Positions 47,219 to 56,165 of a stretch of 64,000 bases of DNA are shown in pieces; position 1 is the stretch's first letter, and each line of letters opens with the position of its first letter. Below the pieces are notes generated by a model. The model saw only the letters and a list, made by a program, of their open reading frames with translations, had not been told where the DNA came from and did not search any database. The stretch comes from Candidatus Komeilibacteria bacterium. GTDB taxonomy: Bacteria; Patescibacteriota; Patescibacteriia; UBA1558; UBA10009. Both the position numbers and the translations under genes were made by a program. The stretch covers positions 21,240-85,239 of the forward strand of contig JAUYIT010000008.1 of assembly GCA_030688315.1 (NCBI GenBank), read 5' to 3'.

Positions 47219-48022
47219 ATGAATAAAAGGGTAAATAAGCCGCATCTTTCTTACAAGAAAAACATGGATAACATGAAGCTCCTGGCCTCATTTAGTGAAT
47301 TTCAAACTTTAGTTGGCGAGGCAAGAAAATTTTTGGATATTCCAGAAGAAGGATTATTAAATGGTAAAGATTCAGAAAAATGGCATAAGGGATTTGTTAA
47401 AAAGAGCGATTTTATAATAGAATCTAAAAGCTTTAATGAGCGGTGTAAAAAGATAAGTGAAAAATTAAAGTCAGGGGAAATTACTAGAAATATCGCTAAT
47501 GAGCAGTTAAAGCTGTTACACCAGCAAATTCCAATTAATTACTTAACGAACATGGTTAAATTTATTGTTGATAAATTTTATCTACCTTTAAATTACCAAG
47601 ATAGCATAAGGCGGTATATTTTATTGAATAAAATAGAGGCACCTTACAATAATTTTATTGTTGGACCTTATATTAATATTAAAAAAATGAGCGATGTTAG
47701 GTTTGTCCCTATTACCATTTACGCTAAATTAACTAGGGAAGAAATTAAAGACCTTCAAAAGGAAATAGACCTGGTTGGCGAAAATTTGCCAGTGTTTAAT
47801 CCTTTAAAAGATATTGATAAAAAATTAGCATTTGAAGAATGGTTAAAAGAGGAAAATCGGCAAAGATCCTCTTACGATGAAGAGTATGTTTTAACAGTGG
47901 CCGAAATAGCGGAAGATAAACTTGGTAGCACAAAAAAGGTCAAGAGCATTTATGATGCTATAAAAGGGTTGAAAGACCTCAGAAAAAAACGATTTAAACA
48001 GTCGGGAAAAACTGAACCATAA
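47219..48022 (+). CDS. hypothetical protein (Lys/Glu-rich)
   Basis: ORF only; no family recognised. Confidence 0.35.
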   Translation: MNKRVNKPHLSYKKNMDNMKLLASFSEFQTLVGEARKFLDIPEEGLLNGKDSEKWHKGFVKKSDFIIESKSFNERCKKISEKLKSGEITRNIANEQLKLLHQQIPINYLTNMVKFIVDKFYLPLNYQDSIRRYILLNKIEAPYNNFIVGPYINIKKMSDVRFVPITIYAKLTREEIKDLQKEIDLVGENLPVFNPLKDIDKKLAFEEWLKEENRQRSSYDEEYVLTVAEIAEDKLGSTKKVKSIYDAIKGLKDLRKKRFKQSGKTEP

Positions 48023-48100
48023 AATCCCGACTGGCTAAAAGCGTAATATGATACCGTGAAAATATACTTCACGGTATTTTATTATTAACCAAAAAAATTT

Positions 48101-49444
48101 ATGCCCAAAAAGCAAAATTTTAGTAGGGACAAGTTGGACATCAACTATGTCCCCATCTCGATACTCAAGCCCATCGATCTAAATCCAAGGGTTTGGTCTA
48201 AGGATGCCATAGGTCAGTTAAAAGAGAGTATCCGTAAATTCGGAATGGTCGATCCTCTTTTAGTTAATTCAGCGCCAAATCGTAAAAACTTTGTTATTGG
48301 AGGCAACTTCCGACTTTCAATAGCAAAGGAAATGGGCATTGCTGAAGTTCCAGTGGTGTATGTCAATATACCTGATCCTGAGCGAGAAATGGAACTGTGT
48401 GTCCGCTTAAACAAAAACGTCGGCGCGTTCGATATGGATGCCTTAGCAGACTTTGGCGAGAGTTTCCTTAAAGACATTGGTTTTTCTAGTGAGGAATTGG
48501 ATTCTATCTTTGAGATTGATGAATTACCGGAAGTATTTGATTTAAACAAGGAATTGGCCAAATTGGACATTAAAAAAGTTGAGGCAAAGAAAGGCGATGT
48601 TTGGCTACTTGGTAATCATCGCCTTTTTATAGGCGACAGCATGATAGAAGAAGACATGTTGAAACTTATGGATGGCCAAAAAGCCGATATGTGTTTCACG
48701 GATCCACCATATATTTTGGACTACCTCAAGGGCAAGAAGAAAAAAGGCGAAGCAACAACTGGTTTCGGCTATAAGCGTGACCGTAGGTATTTGGAAACCG
48801 ATGTTTTGCCACCTGATTTTACCGAAAAATGGATCGGCAACGTGGCTAAAGTAGCTAAAGATGATTTCAGTATTATTATTTACGAAAACTGGAAAAACAT
48901 CAGAACCATTTGGGGTGAGATGGAGAAATACTGGAAAATCAAAAACATGATCGTTTGGCATTTACAGAATCGAACTCAGGGTTTTGCCGGTAGATACAAA
49001 TTCTTTTCCAAACATGATATTGCCATGGTTGGAACTTCGGAAAAGCAAGGCGGCCTTAACCTAAAGACAGAAGAAGAATTACTGCAAAACGAATACGAGA
49101 CCGCTTTGTACGCCATTTCCGGTCATCCGCAGTGGGAATCTTACGAGAAAGGTAAAAAATACTGCCCGACTGACTTTATTGAATACAAAGCTAGTGATGA
49201 AAAATCTTCTGGACAAGGAATTATTTTCGGCACTAAGCCCTTGGAAATCCTGATTCCTTATTTAAAGGTACTAACTAAGCGTGACCAACTAGTACTAGAA
49301 CCATTCGGTGGCTCGGGTAGCACGTTGATTGCTTGTGAAAAAATGAAACGCAAGTGTTTCTTAATGGAAAAATCTCCTGTCTACGCCGAAGTGATAAAGG
49401 CCAGGTGGCAAAAATTAACCGGCCAAAAGGCTAAAAAGTTATGA
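48101..49444 (+). CDS. ParB-like nuclease domain fused to N6-adenine/N4-cytosine DNA methyltransferase (phage-type orphan MTase)
   Basis: N-terminal ParB-like region (..ISILKPIDLNPRVW..) and a C-terminal DPPY motif (CFTDPPYILDY) with an SAM-binding region ..LEPFGGSGSTLIA. Confidence 0.7.
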   Translation: MPKKQNFSRDKLDINYVPISILKPIDLNPRVWSKDAIGQLKESIRKFGMVDPLLVNSAPNRKNFVIGGNFRLSIAKEMGIAEVPVVYVNIPDPEREMELCVRLNKNVGAFDMDALADFGESFLKDIGFSSEELDSIFEIDELPEVFDLNKELAKLDIKKVEAKKGDVWLLGNHRLFIGDSMIEEDMLKLMDGQKADMCFTDPPYILDYLKGKKKKGEATTGFGYKRDRRYLETDVLPPDFTEKWIGNVAKVAKDDFSIIIYENWKNIRTIWGEMEKYWKIKNMIVWHLQNRTQGFAGRYKFFSKHDIAMVGTSEKQGGLNLKTEEELLQNEYETALYAISGHPQWESYEKGKKYCPTDFIEYKASDEKSSGQGIIFGTKPLEILIPYLKVLTKRDQLVLEPFGGSGSTLIACEKMKRKCFLMEKSPVYAEVIKARWQKLTGQKAKKL

Positions 49445-49905
49445 GTAAGGATGAAAAGAAAAAGGCAACTATTCAGGTGAGAAAGAATAAGGATAAGCTC
49501 GCCTTACTGGAAAATCTTAAATCAATTCCAATTATTGAGGTGGCTTGTAGTAAAGCGTCAATCAGTCGAGCTACTTACTATCGTTGGCGGGACGAAGATG
49601 AGGAATTCTGTAAAAATGCTGATGAAGCAATCGCCGAAGGCGAGAAAAGGATTAATGACATGTCAGAGTCACAATTGATTTCATTAATTAAAGATAGAAG
49701 CATGCCTAGCATCGCCTTCTGGCTTCGCCATCATCATCCTAAATACTCCAATAAGTTGGAGGTGGTAGCTAATATTAATAACTCTAATCAACAATTAACA
49801 CCGGAACAACAGGCCGTTGTTGAGAAAGCCTTAACTTTGGCTTTTACTAACAATGCTGAAAATTCCGGGGAAGAAAGTAAGCAACTATATGGAACAAGTA
49901 TTTGA
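49441..49905 (+). CDS. phage terminase small subunit-like HTH protein
   Basis: HTH ..ACSKASISRATYYRWRDEDEEF.. It overlaps the terminase large subunit gene. Confidence 0.45.
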   Translation: MSKDEKKKATIQVRKNKDKLALLENLKSIPIIEVACSKASISRATYYRWRDEDEEFCKNADEAIAEGEKRINDMSESQLISLIKDRSMPSIAFWLRHHHPKYSNKLEVVANINNSNQQLTPEQQAVVEKALTLAFTNNAENSGEESKQLYGTSI

Positions 49906-51388
49906 TTCGGAAATGTTAAAACGCATTTACGAAGATGGTGCAGTGCGCAAGGCTATTGCTCGTCAAAGCCACTTCATGCACTTTAATATTTACCACGCTG
50001 GGTATATTAAATACCCAACAGCACAGTTCCAAAGAGAAATCTTTGCGATTACTGAAGATCCAACGATTAAGACAGCTGTAATCACGGCCTTCAGAGGGGC
50101 CGCTAAGTCATCTATTATCACTACCTCTTATCCCATCTGGGCAATACTTGGGTTGCCTGCTAAAAGATTTGTCGTAATAATCAGCCAAACTCAACGTCAG
50201 GCTAAACAGCACCTGCTCAACATTAAAGCGGAGCTCGAAAGCAATGAATTGTTGAAGACCGACCTCGGACCGTTTACAGAGGATCGCGGCGAGTGGGGGT
50301 CATATAGCTTAATAATTCCCGGCTATAATGCCAAAATTATGGCCGTCAGCATTGAAGAAAGTTTTAGAGGTATCAGGTACCTTGAAACAAGACCAGATCT
50401 GATTATTTGTGATGACGTTGAGGATTTGGATTCGGTTAAAACTAAAGAAGGCAGGGATAAGACGTATCGCACTTTAATGGCTGATATATTGCCCTTAGGC
50501 GACCTTGATACCAAGGTTATTATCACAGGGAACCTTCTGCACCACGATTCGTTAATAATGAGATTAAAAAAGGATATTGAAGAGGGGCGTTTTAATGCCA
50601 CCTTCAAAATGTATCCATTAATTGACGATGATGGCAAGATCTACTGGCCGGGGAAATTTCCAGATCAGAACGCCTTGATGGAATTCAAGAAAAACGTTCC
50701 CAGCGAAATTGATTGGATGAGGGAATATTTATTGAAAATCATGCCGGATGATGGGCAAGAAATTCTGCCGGAGTGGATTCACTATTATGACGAGATTCCT
50801 CATGACAAAAAGGCCTATCGTCATACTCTTACTGGAGTTGATCCGGCGGCGTCTGAAAAAACCCACGCTGATTTTACAGGTATCGTATCGGCTAGGATAT
50901 TCGGCTATGGGGCGGATATGAAAATTGTAATTTTACCTAATCCAATTAATAGAAAGATGGGGTTCCCTGAAGCCGTTGCGGAACTTAAAAGACTTTACGA
51001 TTTTAAGGACGGCGGAAAGTCCAGACGAATATTGGTTGAAGGGTATGGTTATCAAAAGGTGTTAGCTCAAATGCTTGTAAGTATTGGTATTCCAGCTCAA
51101 GAAACGATTCCCTTAGGCATGGATAAACGAGCCCGGTTAAGAATGACTTCGCAGTTTATATCTACCGGAAGGATTGTGTTTCCAAGGCACGGAGCCGAAG
51201 AGTTGATCAATCAGCTGGTTTACTTTGGGGCTGAAAAGCATGACGATTTGGTTGATGCTTTTACCCTGGTTGTTTACAAGGCGTTAGAAGAGATGAAAAA
51301 ACCTGCTGTGCCAGAAATTTGGTTTATAAATCATGGTCATTCAGGTAGAAGAGGTTTGTCTGATTTTATCGATGAAGATGATGACTAA
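49853..51388 (+). CDS. phage terminase large subunit (ATPase + nuclease)
   Basis: Walker A-like ..TAFRGAAKSS.., Walker B ..LIICDDVEDLDS.., and a C-terminal RNase H-like nuclease. The true start may be the internal MEQVF at 49889. Confidence 0.75.
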   Translation: MLKIPGKKVSNYMEQVFDSEMLKRIYEDGAVRKAIARQSHFMHFNIYHAGYIKYPTAQFQREIFAITEDPTIKTAVITAFRGAAKSSIITTSYPIWAILGLPAKRFVVIISQTQRQAKQHLLNIKAELESNELLKTDLGPFTEDRGEWGSYSLIIPGYNAKIMAVSIEESFRGIRYLETRPDLIICDDVEDLDSVKTKEGRDKTYRTLMADILPLGDLDTKVIITGNLLHHDSLIMRLKKDIEEGRFNATFKMYPLIDDDGKIYWPGKFPDQNALMEFKKNVPSEIDWMREYLLKIMPDDGQEILPEWIHYYDEIPHDKKAYRHTLTGVDPAASEKTHADFTGIVSARIFGYGADMKIVILPNPINRKMGFPEAVAELKRLYDFKDGGKSRRILVEGYGYQKVLAQMLVSIGIPAQETIPLGMDKRARLRMTSQFISTGRIVFPRHGAEELINQLVYFGAEKHDDLVDAFTLVVYKALEEMKKPAVPEIWFINHGHSGRRGLSDFIDEDDD

Positions 51389-51505
51389 ATCAAGAATCGG
51401 GATCGAGCCTTTGGTTATAGTCATGATAAATCAATGACCTGTAAAACTAAAAACTCCGGTGGTAAGCCGGGGTTTTTAGTTTTAACCTCAATAAAGTGTG
51501 CTTGA

Positions 51506-52450
51506 TTATTTCTGCCAACTATTTCCATCAGCAAAGTGAGTTTCATAAATTTCAGCTGTAATTTTAGTGGCGGTATCATAGCCGAAAAGTTCCCAAGATA
51601 TATCAATAGTAGCTCCGGGGTTTATTGTTTTTTGAGCGATGCCATCAAAATTATTATCGGACAAAAATCCATTAACTGGCTCATCAAAATTATTAAAAGT
51701 TTTAATGTTAACTTTGAGTCCATCTATAATTTTTTCGGAAATATTTTTGACTTTTAAATTAGCGACAGGGGTGTCGATAATATTTTTTGTTACGCTGGTT
51801 GAAACTATTTCAACAGGCGATGGTTCTTTATTATCAATGACGTTAACTTGCTGCTCCGAATCATTATCTGATTTAACGGGATTGTTTGAATTTACTATTT
51901 CCTTTACTGAACTGGACATTGCAATAGAACCACCGATGATCGCCATTATGATTAAGGCAATAATCATAGTTAGCGAACGATGTTTTTCATAGAAAGTTTT
52001 GTCCTCTTTTTCTTCATCTTGGTCACTGCCTGATTTTTCCAGCTTCTTATTAAAATTATTGGCAATAAGGTGGAAAATCAATCCTCCGAATAAGCCGATG
52101 ACAAAGCCGAGTCCAATGGCCATAGTTCCACCGATGGCGGCTCCTAAAGCGGCACCTGCCTGTGCGGCACCACCATTTGTTTGAGTAACAACACTTGACC
52201 CAAAGGCAACCGTGAATACTATTGCCGAAATCGGTAATAAAAACATACCAATTTCCGAGATCCTGAACAGTTCTTTTAACAAGCGGTTTTTATTACCGAT
52301 GTTAAAAACTAAAGCCGCTGTGAATGCCCAAAAAAGGATAAAGGCAATGCCTGCTCCTTTATTTAAGGTCATCCAAGCGTAATTCTGAGTGAAAATGATT
52401 GCTGGAAGCAAACTCACTAGAATTTTAGATGCGATGTATTTTTTATTCAT
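51506..52450 (-). CDS. hypothetical membrane protein with C-terminal extracellular beta-rich domain
   Basis: N-terminal TMs, a Gly/Ala-rich helix, and a C-terminal ~120-aa domain. Confidence 0.4.
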   Translation of the reverse strand: MNKKYIASKILVSLLPAIIFTQNYAWMTLNKGAGIAFILFWAFTAALVFNIGNKNRLLKELFRISEIGMFLLPISAIVFTVAFGSSVVTQTNGGAAQAGAALGAAIGGTMAIGLGFVIGLFGGLIFHLIANNFNKKLEKSGSDQDEEKEDKTFYEKHRSLTMIIALIIMAIIGGSIAMSSSVKEIVNSNNPVKSDNDSEQQVNVIDNKEPSPVEIVSTSVTKNIIDTPVANLKVKNISEKIIDGLKVNIKTFNNFDEPVNGFLSDNNFDGIAQKTINPGATIDISWELFGYDTATKITAEIYETHFADGNSWQK

Positions 52451-52703
52451 AATACATTTTTGGTTAATTAATAAATTTGCGGAAAACCAAAAAGTTCCCC
52501 GCTAGCCCAGGCTTGTTTAAGGCCCCATACCCGTTTCCAGATATGACCGCAAAGGTAAGCTAAACGAGGAACTCCTCGTAACCTTTGCGGATTTACAACC
52601 ATGCCCGTTGAAACTCAACGAGTTTAGGCTATCTAAATTGTGCCTTTATAATAGCTAAAAATAAGAAAAAATGGAAGTCCTAGTTACCGACAGGTTACCA
52701 ACT

Positions 52704-52745
52704 GGGCAAAATCATAATATCAAAAGCCCCCGTAAATAGGGGCTT
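52704..52745 (-). terminator. rho-independent terminator downstream of MTase gene
   Basis: Stem aagcccc/ggggctt followed on the minus strand by tttgatattatgatttt. Confidence 0.4.
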
Positions 52746-52809
52746 ATTGATTACGGATTAATTATTTTTCCGCATTGATCGCAAGTAACTATAAGTGGGG
52801 TTATAATTA

Positions 52810-55077
52810 TCAAGATTCAACGACTCTTATTTCGTCTTCAGTGAGATCATAAAGTTTATACACCAATGTATCTATTTGATGTTCGAGATCTTTGACCTTT
52901 GCTTGTTCTGCAGAATTATTCTTATATTCCGGAAGCTTGGCGATTTCTGAAATTTTTTCAACAAGATCAGTAAATGATCTTTGCTCATCGGGCAATATTT
53001 TCTTTATAGGGAACTGATCTAAATGCCTTCTTTTAACATATGGGAACACTTCCTTGTTGGTAATAAAAAATTGACTATAAATATACGTGAAGAGTTTAGA
53101 ATTTAATAGGGCTAATAGATATTCTTCTTGCACGTCCTTATCTTTAATGACAATGTTATATAAAGATTGGATAGTAAAAAACTTTTTTGTATCAAGACAA
53201 GCTGTAAATTCTTTACCAGTTTTTCTTAGAAGTATTTTTTTATCCGATAAGTATACTTTTTCATTATCATTACTATGAATTTTCTCCTTATCAAAATTTA
53301 CATAATTACCCCTATCAATATAAAACCATTTAAAAATATCTTTACCTGACAATATCGGCTTACTATTTTTAAAAATAGGGCTATCGGATATCATTTCTTT
53401 CTGACCTCCAGTCATAATCCCGATGTAATTTAAAGCTATTTTACCTAATAGTTCAGATCCTTGTTTCATCTTTTCCAAAATTGAATCTGCTATACTTCCT
53501 TTTGGAAAATCAAAAACATATTTATCATTACTTTTGTATTTATCCTGATTAATAAGTACCCGTTTTGACTTATCGAATAAATCATCGAATAAAATAGTGT
53601 TATCTGAATTATTTGGATCTTTTTGAAAAACAGAAATTATATTATCAACAATAATTCCATTAAAAATATTAGGAGGAAGTTTATTGAATATCTTTATCCG
53701 AACATTATCAAGTAAAAACTTTCTTATCTTAAAAGAATAAAAATTTGATACAAAATTCCACGGGCTTATAAAAGTTATGAAGCCGTACGTTTTTGATATT
53801 TTAATTGCCATCTCAAAAAACAAGACATATAAATCGAGTTTATCATAAGCCGATTCGAAAAGTGTTGAGTATATCTTTTTTTGAGTGTCGCTAATTTTTC
53901 CGTATTTTGTAGTTACATAGGGCGGATTTGCAATAACCACATCAAAACCGCCATTCTCTTGAAAGACTTCGGAAAAATGTAGTTTCCACAAAAAGAATGG
54001 TCTTGAGCTTTCTCTTTCTAGCTTCTGGAGTGTTGACTGTATAGCTTCTATTTGTTGGTCGGCATCCTTAATTTTCTTTTCGTCTTGAGTATTTTTCTTT
54101 ACAGTATTTAATCTTTTAATTTCTTCATCGCATTTCGCCGTTATAAAGGATTGCTCTTTTTCATCAATTTTCTGTTTTAATATGAGTTTCTTGTTTTTAT
54201 TATTTTCCTCAAAATAAACGCTATGTAATTTTTTTAGTTCAGTAAAAATATCTTCACTTTTATCTCTAAAAAGTTTTTCTTGCGTTTTTTTCTCAAAAAG
54301 ATTTTTCATCTCTTTGGTACGATGATCAACCTTAACCAAATCATCAAGATTAAATTTAATAATCGTATCACCAATAACCAAATCCTCAATCAAGCTATTG
54401 CCCTGCATTATTTTATAATCCAAGTTCGGCAATGGTTTGATTTGTTTAATATCGTCCTCGTCAACGATTAAAGAGAGCCATAAACGAAGCTTGGCAATTT
54501 CAACAGCTCCCGGATCAAGGTCAACACCATAGAGAGAATTTTGAATGCAATCACGCTTGAAGCCGTAAACCGTTCGGTCGGTATTTTTAATATAACTAGA
54601 AAGCACAGTCCGAGCTTTTACTATCTCGCTCATCATACCAACCGGAAAAGCCCCGGAGCCAATGGCCGGATCGCAAACTTTAATAGTAGCTAGTTTGTCA
54701 TCAATTTCCTCGGCAAACTTACCAATGGATTCTGGTAAAATTGATTCATACGTGCCTTTATAGCCCGGATCGTCTTCTTTTTTGGCAAGATAGGTAGCTT
54801 CGTGCTCGGCGACATTCTCTCCAAACTTAATAAGCTCCTCTAAATCTTCTTTGGAGACTTTACTCTCAAGCTCGGTTGCAAGATAATTGATCAAACTTTG
54901 TTCACACATATAGTGAACTATTTCCCGAGGCGTATAGTAGGTGCCCTTGGACTTACGGTCTTTAACTTCCAGTAAGTTCTCAAACACCTTGCCAAGCATC
55001 TCTGGGTCCACGGCTACCTCTTTTTCAAGAGGTTCGTCTTCTTTAACAGTGAAGTTGTAACGATCAAAGATGTCCAA
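52810..55077 (-). CDS. N6-adenine DNA methyltransferase, C-terminal part (NPPY motif VIANPPYV; gamma-class, Eco57I/MmeI/DrmMI-like); frameshifted relative to 55085..56161
   Basis: Motif I ..DPAIGSGAF.., motif IV NPPY, and a long C-terminal TRD-like region. The reading frame continues upstream without an ATG (TTG in the track). Confidence 0.65.
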   Translation of the reverse strand: MDIFDRYNFTVKEDEPLEKEVAVDPEMLGKVFENLLEVKDRKSKGTYYTPREIVHYMCEQSLINYLATELESKVSKEDLEELIKFGENVAEHEATYLAKKEDDPGYKGTYESILPESIGKFAEEIDDKLATIKVCDPAIGSGAFPVGMMSEIVKARTVLSSYIKNTDRTVYGFKRDCIQNSLYGVDLDPGAVEIAKLRLWLSLIVDEDDIKQIKPLPNLDYKIMQGNSLIEDLVIGDTIIKFNLDDLVKVDHRTKEMKNLFEKKTQEKLFRDKSEDIFTELKKLHSVYFEENNKNKKLILKQKIDEKEQSFITAKCDEEIKRLNTVKKNTQDEKKIKDADQQIEAIQSTLQKLERESSRPFFLWKLHFSEVFQENGGFDVVIANPPYVTTKYGKISDTQKKIYSTLFESAYDKLDLYVLFFEMAIKISKTYGFITFISPWNFVSNFYSFKIRKFLLDNVRIKIFNKLPPNIFNGIIVDNIISVFQKDPNNSDNTILFDDLFDKSKRVLINQDKYKSNDKYVFDFPKGSIADSILEKMKQGSELLGKIALNYIGIMTGGQKEMISDSPIFKNSKPILSGKDIFKWFYIDRGNYVNFDKEKIHSNDNEKVYLSDKKILLRKTGKEFTACLDTKKFFTIQSLYNIVIKDKDVQEEYLLALLNSKLFTYIYSQFFITNKEVFPYVKRRHLDQFPIKKILPDEQRSFTDLVEKISEIAKLPEYKNNSAEQAKVKDLEHQIDTLVYKLYDLTEDEIRVVES

Positions 55078-55084
55078 AATGCCA

Positions 55085-56161
55085 TCACCAATGTCGCCAG
55101 TTTTTTAAATTCTTGTGATCATTTGAAAATAAGTCGTTTGGAATATTTATTGCTGTGTTAACCCAATCATAATTATTGATCGGGTCAAAAAGACCGCCGT
55201 TCAAAAATGGAATTTTACATTCGAAACGGCTATAAAAATCATCGTCTCTTTCTTTGGCTAAAGCTTCATAAAACAACGGTTCAAGATAATCGTTAAAATA
55301 ATTTTTATTTGCGTCGCAAGCTTTGGTAAATAAAGTCCTCAAAAACCACTTATCACCATCGCCCCAGCTTTTGATCATCGGAACACCAAACCAACCTTTT
55401 TTCTGTAAGAAATATAAGAAAACAATTTGACCAAGTAATTTTTTAGAAAAGTCTACGATGTTAACATTCTTATCGGTAAAATCTTTTTTGATAGCCGGAT
55501 CATTACTAACAATATCTTCCAACGTCTCTTGAACTCTAAGGAATAGATCCCGATATTTTTCAAAAAATTCTTCGGTAACCTTTTCAATGTTAAAGGCTTC
55601 TTCAAGTCGCTTAAGCAAAGGATTATGGCTATCGTCCTCAACAATGGGAGAGAGGCGACTTTGGGCAGTATGGCTATTTTCGTTTGTACCAACTAAAAAC
55701 GACCAGCGTTTGGCTGGGGTAAACTCTTCTTTTACCTTGGCGCGTCCATTTTTGCCTTCCTCAAATTTATATTCCATCTTAACCAACGAGAAACGCCAAT
55801 CGCCGGAATCCGGAGACACAAAAGCAACTAAGGCCGCATCTTTTTGTTTTCCACCCCGACTACCATTTAAATACCAAGCAATAAAATTCCTTTGTCTCGT
55901 CCTTGCTCGTTCAAGCGTTGAATTCTTTTTTAGATGAACAATAAGGACATCAATGCTATTTTCGCCATCAAAATATTTACCGACTCTTTCAAATGTGCTT
56001 ATATATTGATCGTATGCGTCGGGAATAGTGTTTCCGCGATAAACAAAAGAAGCCTCTTCGTAAGAATTAAGGAGTTCACGGATAAATCTGATAAACTTTG
56101 TTTTATCAAAAGAATTTTGAAATACATCCTTTACCAGATTTTGTGACTGCTTTTTCTCCAT
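55085..56161 (-). CDS. N-terminal part of the same methyltransferase/restriction protein (possible PD-(D/E)xK-like region ..SPDSGDWRFSLVKMEYK..)
   Basis: It ends 8 nt before the C-part. The frames are joined by a 1-nt change in the A6 tract (plus-strand T6 at 55101..55106). Confidence 0.55.
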   Translation of the reverse strand: MEKKQSQNLVKDVFQNSFDKTKFIRFIRELLNSYEEASFVYRGNTIPDAYDQYISTFERVGKYFDGENSIDVLIVHLKKNSTLERARTRQRNFIAWYLNGSRGGKQKDAALVAFVSPDSGDWRFSLVKMEYKFEEGKNGRAKVKEEFTPAKRWSFLVGTNENSHTAQSRLSPIVEDDSHNPLLKRLEEAFNIEKVTEEFFEKYRDLFLRVQETLEDIVSNDPAIKKDFTDKNVNIVDFSKKLLGQIVFLYFLQKKGWFGVPMIKSWGDGDKWFLRTLFTKACDANKNYFNDYLEPLFYEALAKERDDDFYSRFECKIPFLNGGLFDPINNYDWVNTAINIPNDLFSNDHKNLKNWRHW

Positions 56162-56165
56162 ACGT

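Noticed and set aside
52480-52660. tRNA or tmRNA in the GC-rich intergenic segment
   Set aside because: No acceptor or T-arm cloverleaf could be built and there is no GGTTCGAATCC-like T-loop or CCA context. It is left as an unexplained structured segment.
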